From contig MU053810.1 of NCBI GenBank assembly GCA_013239625.1, forward strand, positions 2,057,518 through 2,121,517: DNA of 64,000 nucleotides, read 5' to 3'. Origin of the DNA: Lama guanicoe. Its lineage: Eukaryota. Shown here piece after piece: positions 50,798-63,429 of this stretch. Under the pieces are notes generated by a model, which did no database searches, was not told the origin of the DNA, and saw only the letters and a list, made by a program, of their open reading frames with translations. Position 1 is the stretch's first letter. Every line of letters starts with the position of its first letter. The position numbers and the translations under genes were made by a program.

Positions 50798-51014
50798 CTA
50801 TGTGTCGTGAAAACAGTGAAGACAGGAAAAGCAGGCATGCAGATATGCAAATTAGTGGTTTTAAAAAAAAAGACTCAATTTTCTAAACATAATTTAAAAT
50901 GTTCATATACACCTAGGCCAGATGTTTGTGCAAAAGAATTTATTAAAGACACACTTGTGACACACTAAAAAAAAAAAGAATTAATTTTCTTTGAGAGTGG
51001 TTATTGTGAGATAC

Positions 51015-51164
51015 CTCCATCATCAGACGGTCTTGTTAGCTCACTGCAGCAGGAAAAGCTACGGTAAATCTCGGATATTTCTGATTTGTCATCTCCCAGA
51101 CCTGTACCAAAAGTACTGCTCGAATGAGATCGAGATCGTTGTCTCCTGTAATGATTTGCCTTTT
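51015..51164 (-). CDS. NEBL: Nebulette serine-rich linker exon (exon 26 equivalent)
   Basis: 150 nt, AG/GT, phase 1-1; (E)KANHYRRQRSRSHSSSTFGTGLGDDKSEISEIYRSFSCCSELTRPSDDG. Confidence 0.94.
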
Positions 51165-52402
51165 CTATATCGGAGGGAAAAATATTCATACTTGTGATTA
51201 AATGACTTGAAGAAAAAAAAAAAGAAACAAAAAATTACTTAAAAATTTTAACAAGGAAGAAAAATAGCCCCTTATTAATTATAATCCAAAAGCTCAGCTA
51301 ATATAAATTCTAATCGCCTATTCCCAAACTGCAGCATACACTGCATCAACGGTATAAATGACTTAATGATCATTTATACTCATTTTCTGCCTAGATTTTA
51401 AAGGGAGATGGGAAATTGACAAGAACTAAGAAAACACTGGCAAGCTAGTGAATTTCTAACAAAATATTTGGTTATAAGTAATTGTTTTCAAATATCACCA
51501 AGAATACAGCATTGGTTGCCTTTTCTTTATTTGCAGAAAATTAAATGACAATTTGGCTGATTATGTGGATCAAATTAACCATAAAAAGTATTAGAATCCC
51601 TACTTCACCCTGGGCTTTCAACTGTATTGATGTCAACAATTAAATCTAGAGTAGAAATCAGGGGGCAGAATAAGACCTAAATGATGTATCTATTTATATT
51701 TTTAAAAATAATTGTAAAACTGTCAAAGCTTCAGTCTGCGAAATGTGGTCTGAAAGTCTGAAGGGTCAATCCATGCTGTCGCTACACCCAAATATCCAAA
51801 CCATTTGGTTTTTGCTTTTAATTATAAACATCAAGCAGTCTAAGTTAAAAGTCAAGACAACTTCCTATGTACACTACAAATTTTGCATTAAATAAAAACT
51901 CAGAGATAAACTTTAAGGATACTAGAAAGTCTATTTTATTTGAAAGCATTTATGATGCTATATAGAAAATCTCCTCATTGTTTTGCATATAATCCTTTAA
52001 ATAAAAGAACTATACCTTTAAAAATGTTGTGTTTTTAATGAAACAAATCTCCTTTACGTCTTAGCAGTTAGTGCAACCCAAATAGCGGCATTTGAAAGGC
52101 CAGAAAACCTATAAAGTCACATTCAACTAATAAAAAGCAGATGTAAGTAAGCTCTAGACACCTTGTTAAATAAATCTAGAACAAACTAATCTAGGATATA
52201 TTAAATTGCCCTTTTGCAAGTTTTGTTTTCATAAATGATTAATGATATATTAAACAGCACAGTAACTTTTCTCAGTTTTTCAAATCACCAACTTAAAAAT
52301 TTGTATTACACAGATGGCACAGTGAACTTCCACAGATCACAGGAGCTTTACTTGGAGGACAAAACCACATAAATGGGGAGGAACGCAAGACATAAGCAGT
52401 AC

Positions 52403-52495
52403 CAGAGAGCATATGTAGGCTTCTAGACTGAATATTGTCTTCCAGGGGGTCAATGTCGAAGATGGAGCCAGGATCTGTGCGCCAAACTTTGAGGT
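52403..52495 (-). CDS. NEBL: Nebulette linker exon (exon 25 equivalent)
   Basis: 93 nt, AG/GT, phase 1-1; (D)LKVWRTDPGSIFDIDPLEDNIQSRSLHMLS. Confidence 0.95.
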
Positions 52496-53404
52496 CTTTT
52501 ACCAAAAGGAAGAAATCAACAAATCAAGAATGAATTAAAACAAACAAACAAAAAAAGGTTAGCACCATAGAGAGTCGAGTAAAAGTCTGGAAAGGGGTGT
52601 ATATAAAAAGCAAGCATGTAACAGGCAAACCCACTGTGAGGCAGACCTCAGCAGAGAACGAAGAGGTATCCACACTCGTAGGATTTGCTAAGAAAACTTT
52701 GTGATCAAATTTAAGTTGCCTAGTTTATTCTTCACTGACCTTCTATGGGGAGCCTGGGACTCACCACCCAACTCGCGTGCACACCAGACAACTCCCTGCA
52801 TGCCTGACTGATCACGCGTGCTCTCCACACACTGAAACGGGTCAAGTGCTTGATACAAACTCCTGATTAAGGACATGTGAGTAATTCATAAGAAGCCACT
52901 GCAAGGTTTTTGTCTAAGAAAACAAACCGAAACAAGAATCAAAAACTTCCCTCCCAACAACAGAAACAAATATCTGAAATGTAGGGAAGTGGCAGGCCTA
53001 CTTTTCATTCTGAGCCCATGAGCGCGGGCTCACCCACATAAAGTGCACTGATTATAGGAGTTCAGTGAAGCAGGGCACTGAGCAAGGGGCAGTGAGGGAT
53101 GCAGAGATGAGTAAGGAGCAGCTTCCTGCTGTCAGTAGACCACAGATTAGCTCTCTGCTGTAGTCAGCAATCAGATTGTGCCAGCCAGTTTATTCTCTTC
53201 TTCTAGTTGGAGGCAGAATCTAAATCTAGTAACTTCTGGGTTTATCGGTCTCTCCAATGAATGGTTATCAGGTTCTGAAATGATCTGTAGGGTGTTGTGT
53301 CAACAATGGGAAAATCAAAACCTGGTTACAGACACGTGGCAGAAATGGAGCTCAAGTAAAGAGACTTAATTATTAAGCTGGAATTGGAGATTGGTTTGTC
53401 TGTC

Positions 53405-53600
53405 TTTAATTAATATTATGTAGCATTTACCACTTGCCAGGCACTATTCTCAGTTATAACATAAGTCACTTAAGCTTCCTAAGATAGTAGAGCAGGTACT
53501 AGTACTATCCCCATTTTATAGATGAGGAAACTGAGGCACAGGCATATTAAGTTAGCTTGGCCAAGGTTTCACCACCAATAAGCAGCAGAGCCTCCAACAA
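53405..53600 (-). mobile_element. MIR SINE
   Basis: tatccccattttatagatgaggaaactgaggcaca core. Confidence 0.85.
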
Positions 53601-54029
53601 AAACAGAAGCAGCACAAATTGGCTCAGTCTGAATTACCCCAAAAAATCTCTTAACCTGTATTTCCATGCCTGGCTCAGAACTTTAAGTGTCTGCTGAATG
53701 TACTTCCATGTGGTTTCATAGCCAAGTCCTCCATGGAGAATAGTTTCCTCCAATAAGAAGAAATAAACTGACTTCTGGATTGCCCAGTAAGTGAATAATT
53801 TAGAGATCTATCTTACATATTTTTTTTAAAAAAAAATAACCTCTATCTCAAAGGTAATGAGTATTGAATTCTGAGTTCAAAGTCTAGAAAATCTCACAGT
53901 TTTTAGCAAGGATCTCACTGTCACTCCTGGCCCCTGATCTAGGGTAGGACCCTGGGGTAAGCTGGGCAGACTTCAGCATTTCCTCTCTCCTGGGATGGAT
54001 CGGACCCTCTGTGCTATCCCTTATAAGAT

Positions 54030-54510
54030 GTTCATACAAAACAATGAAACTTTAATTCTGTGTTACTATCAACAAAAATATCACAACTCACCCATCTAAC
54101 TTAATGTGATCCCTTTTAAGCGATCAACTTGGGGAGTCAGCAAAGCTATCCACTGCCTACAAACACGTTTGGAACGTCTCTTTGGAAATTACTTTCAGAG
54201 TTGCTTAATAATCACCCAGGTATCTCAGGGGCCTAACTTCAGTACCCTGTTTCACAAGAAGACAGTACCCTATCAAATGTACACTTTCCTCACCCAGCTC
54301 ATCTCTAAATGGCCTTTCACTGGTTCCAAAAACTCTTACCTTTAAAGATGAAGTTAACCCAGCAGTTAAGAGTACTGAAATGGAATGTTGCATGCCTACC
54401 AGAAATGTTATTTGAGCTATAAAACTGAGCTAGCCGCAAAAATTCAGAGGCTAATTGTCTTGAAAAAGACAACAGACAATTGGAAGTATGGGTTGTTGAT
54501 ACGTATCGGA
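54030..54510. mobile_element. Mariner-derived (MARNA-like) DNA transposon relic
   Basis: Minus strand near 54150-54205 translates to LKVISKETFQTCL, resembling a mariner transposase C-terminus. Boundaries approximate. Confidence 0.5.
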
Positions 54511-55178
54511 AACTCAGTAGCTCTCCTTTCCAGCCCCACCTTAGGCTTTAGGATGAGCCTTGCTCTCCCCGTCACCATTCAACACCATGTCCCTAAGATT
54601 CTCCCTGGCTGACAAGAAGGAACAGCAGGATGAGAAGGTTCCTTCCTCTCTGATTTATGGAGCTTTCAGACAGTTCTCAATTCTCCCAGCTCAGAGATAC
54701 TATTCATAAAATATACGCTATTCCTATTGTGGAATACCATCAGAATCTCTCCGGCACGACTGTTTGCAGTAGAAAGATTTAAAGGAGATTACTTCTGTGA
54801 TGTCACTCGTGCAGACAATGTCTGTAGTTCAATTACTGATCAGTACACAAACTAAAGGAAAACAAAATAACTGTCCAACCTTCATTATCACCCATGTCTG
54901 ATTCTTCGCATAACAAGTAGGAACACTCTCAGGACCAGAAAGTTATTAAAGACAGAGAACATCCAATAATAGAATGGATTTGCAATGATGCCTGGCAAAG
55001 GCATGAATCTCACCCAGGGTGAGGCAAATAGTGACACTTTGCCTGTGGTCCACTTTCAACGGGGCATCACATCACGCATTTGAGGAGGAGTCCAACGAAC
55101 AAGGAAATTAACCCTAAAGCCAGTGCGCGCTCGATCTTCTCGCCTGCGCGGACCTGCCAAGAAGGCCCGTCCGCTTAC

Positions 55179-55350
55179 CGACAATGATTCCGGGCCTCCT
55201 GTCCATCTCCACGATGTGAGGATGGACACCTTTGTAGGCGGCATCGCTGACGACCTGGGTGTTCTTTCGCACTCGCTCTGTCACTGGGTCATCCACAACA
55301 GGAGTGAAGCCCCTTCCCTTCGTCTTTTCAAAATCTTCATGATATTTCAC
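55179..55350 (-). CDS. NEBL: Nebulette exon shared with LIM-nebulette/LASP2 (exon 24 equivalent)
   Basis: 172 nt, AG acceptor and GTAAGC donor, phase 0 to 1; VKYHEDFEKTKGRGFTPVVDDPVTERVRKNTQVVSDAAYKGVHPHIVEMDRRPGIIV. Confidence 0.97.
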
Positions 55351-56338
55351 CTGAAAAGGGGAAAAACAGAATTAGCTCACACTGAAGTCTCCCAATTGTT
55401 ACACAGCCCACAAAATGTTGATAGAATGACACTTGTCAGTGTACCAGCTGCATCTAGATTATCTTCTACATAGATGAAGCTTTTCCAATTATTACAAAAA
55501 TAACGTCTGAATCTTCAGTTTCTGAGCATCAGAAATCAAGTGCTGACATTTTAAATGTTTTTCATTGTTAGAGTTAGCAGATCTTTTAATATATAAACCT
55601 GTACACTGGTAAGACCTTTTAGAAGACATATTTTTTTAATAGTGTTTACTTCCTAAAATATACTAAGTTAGGTACAAATTACTTTCCTATCTCTTAAACT
55701 TTAACACAATAAAATGATAAGATACTTCTACACAATTATTCAAGAAAACACTATTATTTAAAATTAGATTATGAGTTATGAATAATTATATACATAAATT
55801 TTGTATATAATTACAAAAACATATATATACTTCAAAGTAGACATTTTTCATGCTCCACAATTGGATTAGGGTGATGGCTCTCCAAGTCTGTAAATTACAC
55901 TAGAAACCATTGAATAGTGCACTCTAACAGTGAACTTTATGGTATAAAAAATATATCCCATGTATCCCAAACTGTTTTTTAAAAAATAGGTATTTTAAAA
56001 ATCCTTTAAATATGTCAACACACCAAACTCGATCTTAAAATTAATTGAAAAGAAGGCCAAGCAAATGTCTTTCATAAAATGCATTTATAGTTAGTAGTCA
56101 TGTTAGAAATAAAAACACACCCCAAAAAGTCACTGAGAAAAATTATTTTATTAGACTAAATATTCCCGTTACATTTCAGTATGATTAGAAAGATCCCCCT
56201 GCAAAGGAAGGGTTCATATCCACATTTCCATGCTTCATTAGTTGTCCAGATTAACAGTGAACAGTGCCGTCAGTACACGCAGTGGTGCGGTGCCTTAGTA
56301 TATTTTAGTCATGGAAGGAGGATCTTGCTGGACCCTAC

Positions 56339-56443
56339 CATTGAAATATGATTTTGTGCTTCTTTGACATGTCTGAGACCAGGTGAATCTAAAATCAGAC
56401 TTGGTCTACCTTTCATCTGCTTCTGGTCCTGGGTATATTTTAC
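56339..56443 (-). CDS. NEBL: Nebulin-repeat exon (exon 23 equivalent)
   Basis: 105 nt, AG/GT, phase 0-0; VKYTQDQKQMKGRPSLILDSPGLRHVKEAQNHISM. Confidence 0.95.
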
Positions 56444-57445
56444 CTGCAAAGTAAATAGTAGTACACACTTAACAATAAGACAGACATAATTTATTTTAAA
56501 TTACATAACTTTTTTAAGCTTTCCAAATGAGTGAAACATATACAACATATTCTGAAATATTCCCCAGGTAACTTGTTCAGTGAATTACATTTCGTTCTAG
56601 GATAACAATCTAAAATTTTACTCTCAAAGGTCTCCTTTGAAGGCTGAGGCAAAAATGACCTAAATCTACCCACTGGAAACAAATGTGTGAGTGGCCAACA
56701 TCCACCAACTGTGAGCCAGTGAAAGTGGTTATCATACTTCAACAGGAAAAATCCAAAACTCATTGGAACCTAAATTTATCTTCCTGTCTCTGTATTTCCC
56801 CATTTTCCGCCCCACCACTGTGGAAGGATGCATACCAAACATCCCTGTATTTCCTTTTATTTCTCCCATCGAATTGCATATGTACCATTCAGAACCGAAA
56901 CCCTCATATTCCCTGTGAGAGAGCACACCATCACTAGGACACTGGTGAGCATGATGGGACTTTAATGAGTAACTGAATTCTATGTGAAACTAATTTAAAG
57001 ATTTTTTTTTTCCTCTAAGTCGTACTTTGGAGCGATGATTCATTTCTTATTTTGTTTCACAGACAGGATTTAGCAACCCACATTCAGTGGGATACGTCTG
57101 TAAGATGACAGTTGTTTAACTTATGCATCAAAGACTTAACCGCTTTCAAAGACACCGGCTAAAATAACATGAATCGTTGTTTAAATGAACATAATACAGT
57201 TTAAAGCAAAACTTTGGATGTAAATGTTGGTCACATCTGGGAACACCAATTGAGGGTGCAGGCTCATGTAAAGTTAGCCAGCAGCAGCTTTTGGAAGTTG
57301 TCTGAAATAACATGTGTACTATTGCACATGTTACAAATGTTTCTTGGAAATCGATTTCATCTTCACAAGGAAAAAAAAAAAGTCTGCAAGTGAATAATAA
57401 GAGACACATCTTTTGCGACAGCCCCAAGTGAATAGAACAACTTGC

Positions 57446-57538
57446 CGAACTAATATTTTCTTGATTCTTCTTTACTCTTTCCATTTCAGGAGTGACGCTC
57501 AGAGCCGTAGCTCTTCCCAGCTGACCTTTATAACATAC
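57446..57538 (-). CDS. NEBL: Nebulin-repeat exon with GC donor (exon 22 equivalent)
   Basis: 93 nt; VCYKGQLGRATALSVTPEMERVKKNQENISS; donor G/GCAAGT. Confidence 0.92.
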
Positions 57539-58843
57539 CTATCATTTCGGAAAAAGGAAACAGAGCGCTGTGAATCAATTCAACTAAATAAGAGTCTCAT
57601 AGTATTTATTTGAAAGAGCTAGCCAAGGAAAGGAAGCTATGAAAAAAAAAACCAGAAGATACCATCAGAGGTCTAGTCATATTTAAAATACCTGCCTCTT
57701 AAATCAATCTATTTTAATTCATCCCATGGCACTGAATCGCTGTGAATGAAATCACCATGAATGTGCTCAAATACATGGGCGTACCCTCAGTGAAGCTGTA
57801 ACAAGCATTTCATCACAAGGGAGTATGACAAGCAATGTCGCCATGGATGTCACGTGAAGGTACTCCTAACCCGTACGGAGTGGAACCAAGCTATTACGGC
57901 TTCTTAGTAATAACTGCGGCAGAGCGGCCGGCAAGAGGCCTGAATAGTGAGCACAGTCATCCCTAAGGCCGCGCACTTCCCACCTGCTCCATCCCTCCTT
58001 CTCAGCGACCATGTGCCTTTCGGAGAGTAAAGGGGTCACATCAACCGTGACTCTGAACACATCGGGGAAAGGTGAGGCTCTGCTCCCCCAAAATACTGTT
58101 GTTAGGGGAAGTGCCAAACCATAAACTGACTTTCCTCTATAATCCGGTCAAATGACTTTAAAGGTCTGAAGAATAAAAGATTTCTTTGAACCTAATAGAT
58201 TTCCAAATTTCCTCTTCCAAAGAACTCAATTTATATGTTAATGACTTCAGAAAAGGATTCTCTCGCTGAACTGCATCCCTGGGTTACAGAACAGCGGGGA
58301 GTCGGGGCAGACCAGGAGCTGCTGTCTGCGTGAAGATTCACAGCCCCTGAATCAGGGCCCCGAAAATGGTCCTGTCCCCTGTGACCTAGTCAGCCAGGCA
58401 CACTGTCTAATTTCTCCCGAGACAGCATCCAAAAATAAGGTGACCACAGCTGGGAATGGGCGATGGACTGGACAGGCTACAGAACAAGACTACACATGTG
58501 CAGATACATAGGAAAGGGAGTGGCAGAGCTTATTTATAAATAAGCCAAGATGCCAGGAGCTGCCACTGCGTCCCTTTGGGGAAGCACAGACACTATGAGC
58601 CTGAAGACCAAATAAATCCGCCTGCAGATGGAAATCATACCGGCAGTCACTGGGAACTGTGAGCAGGGCAGGCATGCCTGGCTGGACAACACCTAAGACC
58701 CTGAAACCTTTCAAATAAACTGGCAGTTAACTGAGAGCGGAGTGTCAGCTCAAGGTCACGAAAACTTTGTAAACACAATCGCTTCGCTGACATGTTGACG
58801 ATACGTTTGCCAAACATAAGACAAAAGTTAACTAAGGTCACAC

Positions 58844-58936
58844 ATTGCTGAGGTTCTTCTGGTTTTCTTTAACCCTCTTCAGCTCTGGTGGATCGGAAAT
58901 CGCAGTTGCCTGTTGAATGTCTCCTTTATATTTCAC
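58844..58936 (-). CDS. NEBL: Nebulin-repeat exon (exon 21 equivalent)
   Basis: 93 nt; VKYKGDIQQATAISDPPELKRVKENQKNLSN; donor GTGTGA. Confidence 0.94.
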
Positions 58937-60257
58937 CTGTGGAGGGGACATGAGAATTTTAACCAACAGTGGAATGGTCTCCACCCAAACAGCACAGAGC
59001 GTGAGCCTCAAAATTCACTCCATCTTTTCACACGTCTTTGCCCACAGCAGATGTATGGCAACCTTTCAGTTCAGGTCCACACCTGGATTCTGATTCTCCT
59101 GACTCAGGAAGCACGAAGCGTTGGTTGTGCTTCTTAAAAATGATTTTCTAATAAAACCTTTGCTGTTCAATACCAAAACTAAGTGCAAATGCCACGACAA
59201 AATGTGATGGAAATAGAAGGGGAAAGCATTGCCATGGAATCATTCAGGGAGAACCACAGTGAATTAGCCATGGCAGCCTGGGAAGGCTGTTTACTCTCCT
59301 TCTGAGCCTGGAACCTCCACCTTCAAAGGGGGCTGAAGGCCCCTCACTCCTCCAGCAGTCAGGGACATAGTAAGGACAGACCCTGACTTTCTCCTCCACC
59401 TGGGAGAACTCACTCTTAAATTTTAAAATCTCTCAAAACTACCTGTTTCAGGAGAAGAAGGTTATTGTTTATATTGGGGAAAGTTCCATAAAAGGGTCAA
59501 GGGATGGGAAAAATAACCATTGGCAGACATGTTTAAAAGGGATTTCTGAATTCAGGGAGGCCTGGGTTCAAATCCCAGTTGTCACAAACCGTGGGTTCCC
59601 AGCATGTCCTCTGGCCCCTCAAGGCTCAGGTTCACACACCCGCAGACGAGAGGACTAAGTCGTGTGACCTCACAGGTTCACATAAAGCACTTGCTACATA
59701 TTAGAGGGACCCCATGATTGTTAACTATTATTGCTTTATTAGCAACAGATCATTGAATGCTTGCGTGATGTTTTCTGTCTTATTTATTTATAAGGTTCCG
59801 TGCCCTGACATTACATCTTAGGACCTGAGGCCAGCCAGGTTTTCTTCCACCTTATTCCAACAGACAATATTTTTTTCTTAAGCTTGACAATAGACCCGCT
59901 ACACTATTCTCTAGGTCTTTTAAGTCTGGATGTAGTTTAAGCAATTTAACAACTAAACTACGAGGTCCATGAGGATAAGAAGTGGGTCTTCGCCATCTTT
60001 GTGTACCAGGGACCAGGATCACACCTGGCACACTGAGGTGCTTAAGGAAGATTTCCTGAATAAGCCAACGGGGCTGAATGATAGCAAGACAGTCTCAAAT
60101 TTCCTGGACTCACACAAGAGGGCCAAGGTTCATGCCCTTCCATATGTGAAAAGGAACGTCCAAAACGCAGAGGGGCTAAAGCTTTTCAGAAAGCACCATA
60201 AAGAATAAAAAATAAGTAACGTTTGATCAAATAGAAGAGAGAAAGGGAAGGACTTGC

Positions 60258-60350
60258 CGCACTCAGCTGCTCCTGGTTCCTCCTCACTCTCTCTATCTCC
60301 GGGGTCATGCTCACTGGAGTGGCTCTGTAGCTTTGTTCTCTGTACTGGAG
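60258..60350 (-). CDS. NEBL: Nebulin-repeat exon with GC donor (exon 20 equivalent)
   Basis: 93 nt; LQYREQSYRATPVSMTPEIERVRRNQEQLSA; donor G/GCAAGT. Confidence 0.93.
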
Positions 60351-61539
60351 CTGGGAGACAAGGTGCAAGACAGTGTGGGTTTATGGGAGGGAAGTGTGGG
60401 CTCACACACTGGAACTGGTTGCAAGGAATGCCACACTGCGACAGAGCATTCGTTAGCTCAAGTCTTTGTTAGGATCTCACGGCAAAGTTTGCTTTGCTAA
60501 CAGATCTTGTCATCACAGCGATCACAGATCTACGCTGCTTCTCGCACAAATGTTTTGAATTCCACCTTGGGTTGTTTTTCTTCAAACTGTATTATTGACC
60601 GGTGGCCTCTCCGAGTCTGATCTTACCGGCAACTATAAACGATCCCTTCTGTGAGTTTCTCTCTTCCTAGCACTACAGCAACATTACCAAAGGACCATTA
60701 TATATTTAAAAATTAAAATTCTGCACTCTTTGCATTAGAAAGGAGGGTTACTCCAGTCCTATGCCTGCACCTCCGTGAGTGGCTGTCACTATATAAAGAA
60801 ACCCTGAACCTCAAAGTCTCCTTCTCTGCAAAGTTCCCGCACTGGAAGCCCACTCTCTGACTGGCACGAAGGAGACCTACAGTGTAGAGATGCTCTTTCT
60901 TAGCTGAGGGGCTCAGACCCAACGTCTGTGCTCAGCTTTCCCGGCAGCTCCACAAGACTCCAGGAAATAAATGAGGACCCAACACAGACAGAATGGCATG
61001 TCCAGAAAATGAATTTCTGACACGTGAAAGTAAAGCTAGAGGTTAAAATCCCACTAAAAGGAACTCCACAGAAACAGCCTTCTTGATATTTTAAAGTTTA
61101 AATTTAGTGACAGGGAATTTTGGTTTTGCAAGCCATCCCAAGGCCTGCGGGGCCTACGGATACAACGGACGTGAGATGCACACGCTCTGCAGAGAATGTG
61201 CGAGTGAAGGGCAGGTTGATAAGCCTGGAAAATAAACGACAAAGGCTCGGGCCCTGCCGGCGTGACTTCTCTCTCTGCCGTGGTACGTAGTTTGAGAGTT
61301 TAGGCAGATTCTGTGTCGGATAATTATCTAAGGCAAGGTAGGCCCAGGGTAATCTCTATTGGTGGCAGGATACAAAGAAAGATTACTCCGGGGAGCGTTC
61401 AGAGGGGAAACGTTTGTCGAACAGCATTATTGAGGCAGAAAACTGCTGTAGCTGATTTCTGGTAGATCTAAATGTGGGGACAGAAATTTGATGTAAAGAG
61501 TCTTCCTGTCTTGCATTCAGCCATTCACAAACATGCTAA

Positions 61540-61680
61540 GCGCGCTGCAGGCAACATCACACTTAATATTCTAGTTCCTGTTTCACAGATGAGGAAACGG
61601 AGGCTTGGACAGGTCGGTGGCTTAGGAAGGTTATATGACAAATAGGGCCTAGAACTGGGCTCAAACCAACCGTCCATACA
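61540..61680 (-). mobile_element. MIR SINE
   Basis: tttcacagatgaggaaacggaggcttggacaggt core. Confidence 0.75.
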
Positions 61681-62611
61681 GTTGATACCATCTGGGCTGT
61701 GATTCACAGTCTTCGTTTTTAATTAAATTAACTCACTATTATTTTCAAATAGTTATTTTAAGGGAGTGTTATGTTTCTATGATAAATCAAAAACTAGTAA
61801 ACCCTCTTTTAGAAAAAGTGATACATTAAAACAACTTGATCCCTAAGTCCAGGCCTGATCACCAGTGGACCGTTTATCACCCATAGCTGAACCGCATGAT
61901 AGGGACCTGGACACTCCCAGAGACCTCGTCGTGGCCTGAATTATGATTTCTCTCTCTGCCATCTCCCTCCTGCCATCCTTCACCCCGAGTCCTTATCACA
62001 CTAAAACTTCCCTCTTTGAACTAGACCTCTGATCCTGAGCACACTTATTCTACCCTGCCAGGAAGGCCCTGCCGCACAAAATCCACCCCAAGTTTGTATT
62101 AATTCTTCTGGATCTGATGCAAATGTTACTTTCTCCAAAGATCTTCCTGCCTCTCACTGGCACAGCCTCTCCTTCTCTGCATTTCCCCGGCACTTTGAGG
62201 AAGGAATGATTAGTTCACATTAAATGAGATTGCGTGTAAAGAACTCAAGCAGAGCAAACACTCAGTAAATGTTACTTATTGTTATAGCACTTAATGGGCA
62301 TTCTTTATTTATTCCTACAGCTGTTTCTCCTCCAGACCCTGAGAATACTCACAGCCCCTAACCCTGAGGTGTGTCTCACACCTCTCTGAATTCCCTCAAG
62401 AACAGAGTAGGCATTCGATACCAGGTCCTTTCATAGGCAAAGCACTCAGTGTAATGCTAGCCCCCAACACAAGGCTGTGTGAAATCTCAGCTCCGTCTTG
62501 CATCCGCCTGCCAGGAACTGGCCCTCCTACAATGGCATTCGTTGTCATGGGACTTCACATGTGTAAGTGTCACGCTCACTGAAAACAATACTTAAAGGAA
62601 CATGATCACAC

Positions 62612-62704
62612 ATTGCTGAGGTTCTTCTGGTTCTCCTTAACTCTCTTCAGCTCTGGTGGATCGGAAATGGCTGTTGCCTGTTTCATCTCTTCCTTGTATT
62701 TCAC
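62612..62704 (-). CDS. NEBL: Nebulin-repeat exon (exon 19 equivalent); gene continues beyond the window
   Basis: 93 nt; VKYKEEMKQATAISDPPELKRVKENQKNLSN; AG acceptor and GTGTGA donor. Confidence 0.94.
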
Positions 62705-63344
62705 CTGCATAATTTATAATAAACAAAAATGTGAGTTTTATTCAACATAAGGCTTAAAAAATCGTTAAGAATTCACTGTTTGTAACTGTTGCATAGTTGA
62801 CTTTTTTTAGTTCCAGTATTAATTTTCCTTCAATGGGAACGCAGATTTTTATCCCATCTGATGCTTTCAGGATTCCTTTATCGTAAAGCACAAATAAATG
62901 CAGATCTATTCACCTATCTGTCACTGAAGTTTTTCAATTAAAATAACATAGATTGCCTATAAAAATAAATTTTATCAACAGGCTGCTGCACCAAAAACCT
63001 CAGGAATTATCTGCCTTTAATAGTTTATTATTTTCTATATGAAAAGCAGTTTCTCTTTATTAACAAATGAGTTAAAATTCACCATGTATTTAAAGGCAAA
63101 CGTCAAACCGAGTTGGCTACAAAGTCTTGGGAACACTGCTTGACTGAGAGTACACAAATAATCCAGAATCAGAAAAAAAAATAAAAGAAGAGAAAGGGGT
63201 GGTGGAGGAAAATGTACTACAGGCAGAGGCCACTGAGCGCTGATCACGACAGAAGGGCCAGAGACAGAAAGTCAGGAAGTGCCTTCTACCCTCACGATCC
63301 TGTTACGTAAACCCGCCTGTATCCTGATACCCACTTCAATCAAT

Positions 63345-63378
63345 CAAAAACTCCAACCTCTAACTCATACAATTCAAC

Positions 63379-63429
<51 letters not shown>

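Noticed and set aside
52640..52700. Possible 41-nt cryptic exon
   Set aside because: Weak GTCTGC donor and not frame-preserving.
63382..63428. A47 as the tail of a separate retro-insertion
   Set aside because: It sits at an A-rich position within continuous L1 sequence with no clear TSD; expansion is the simpler explanation.
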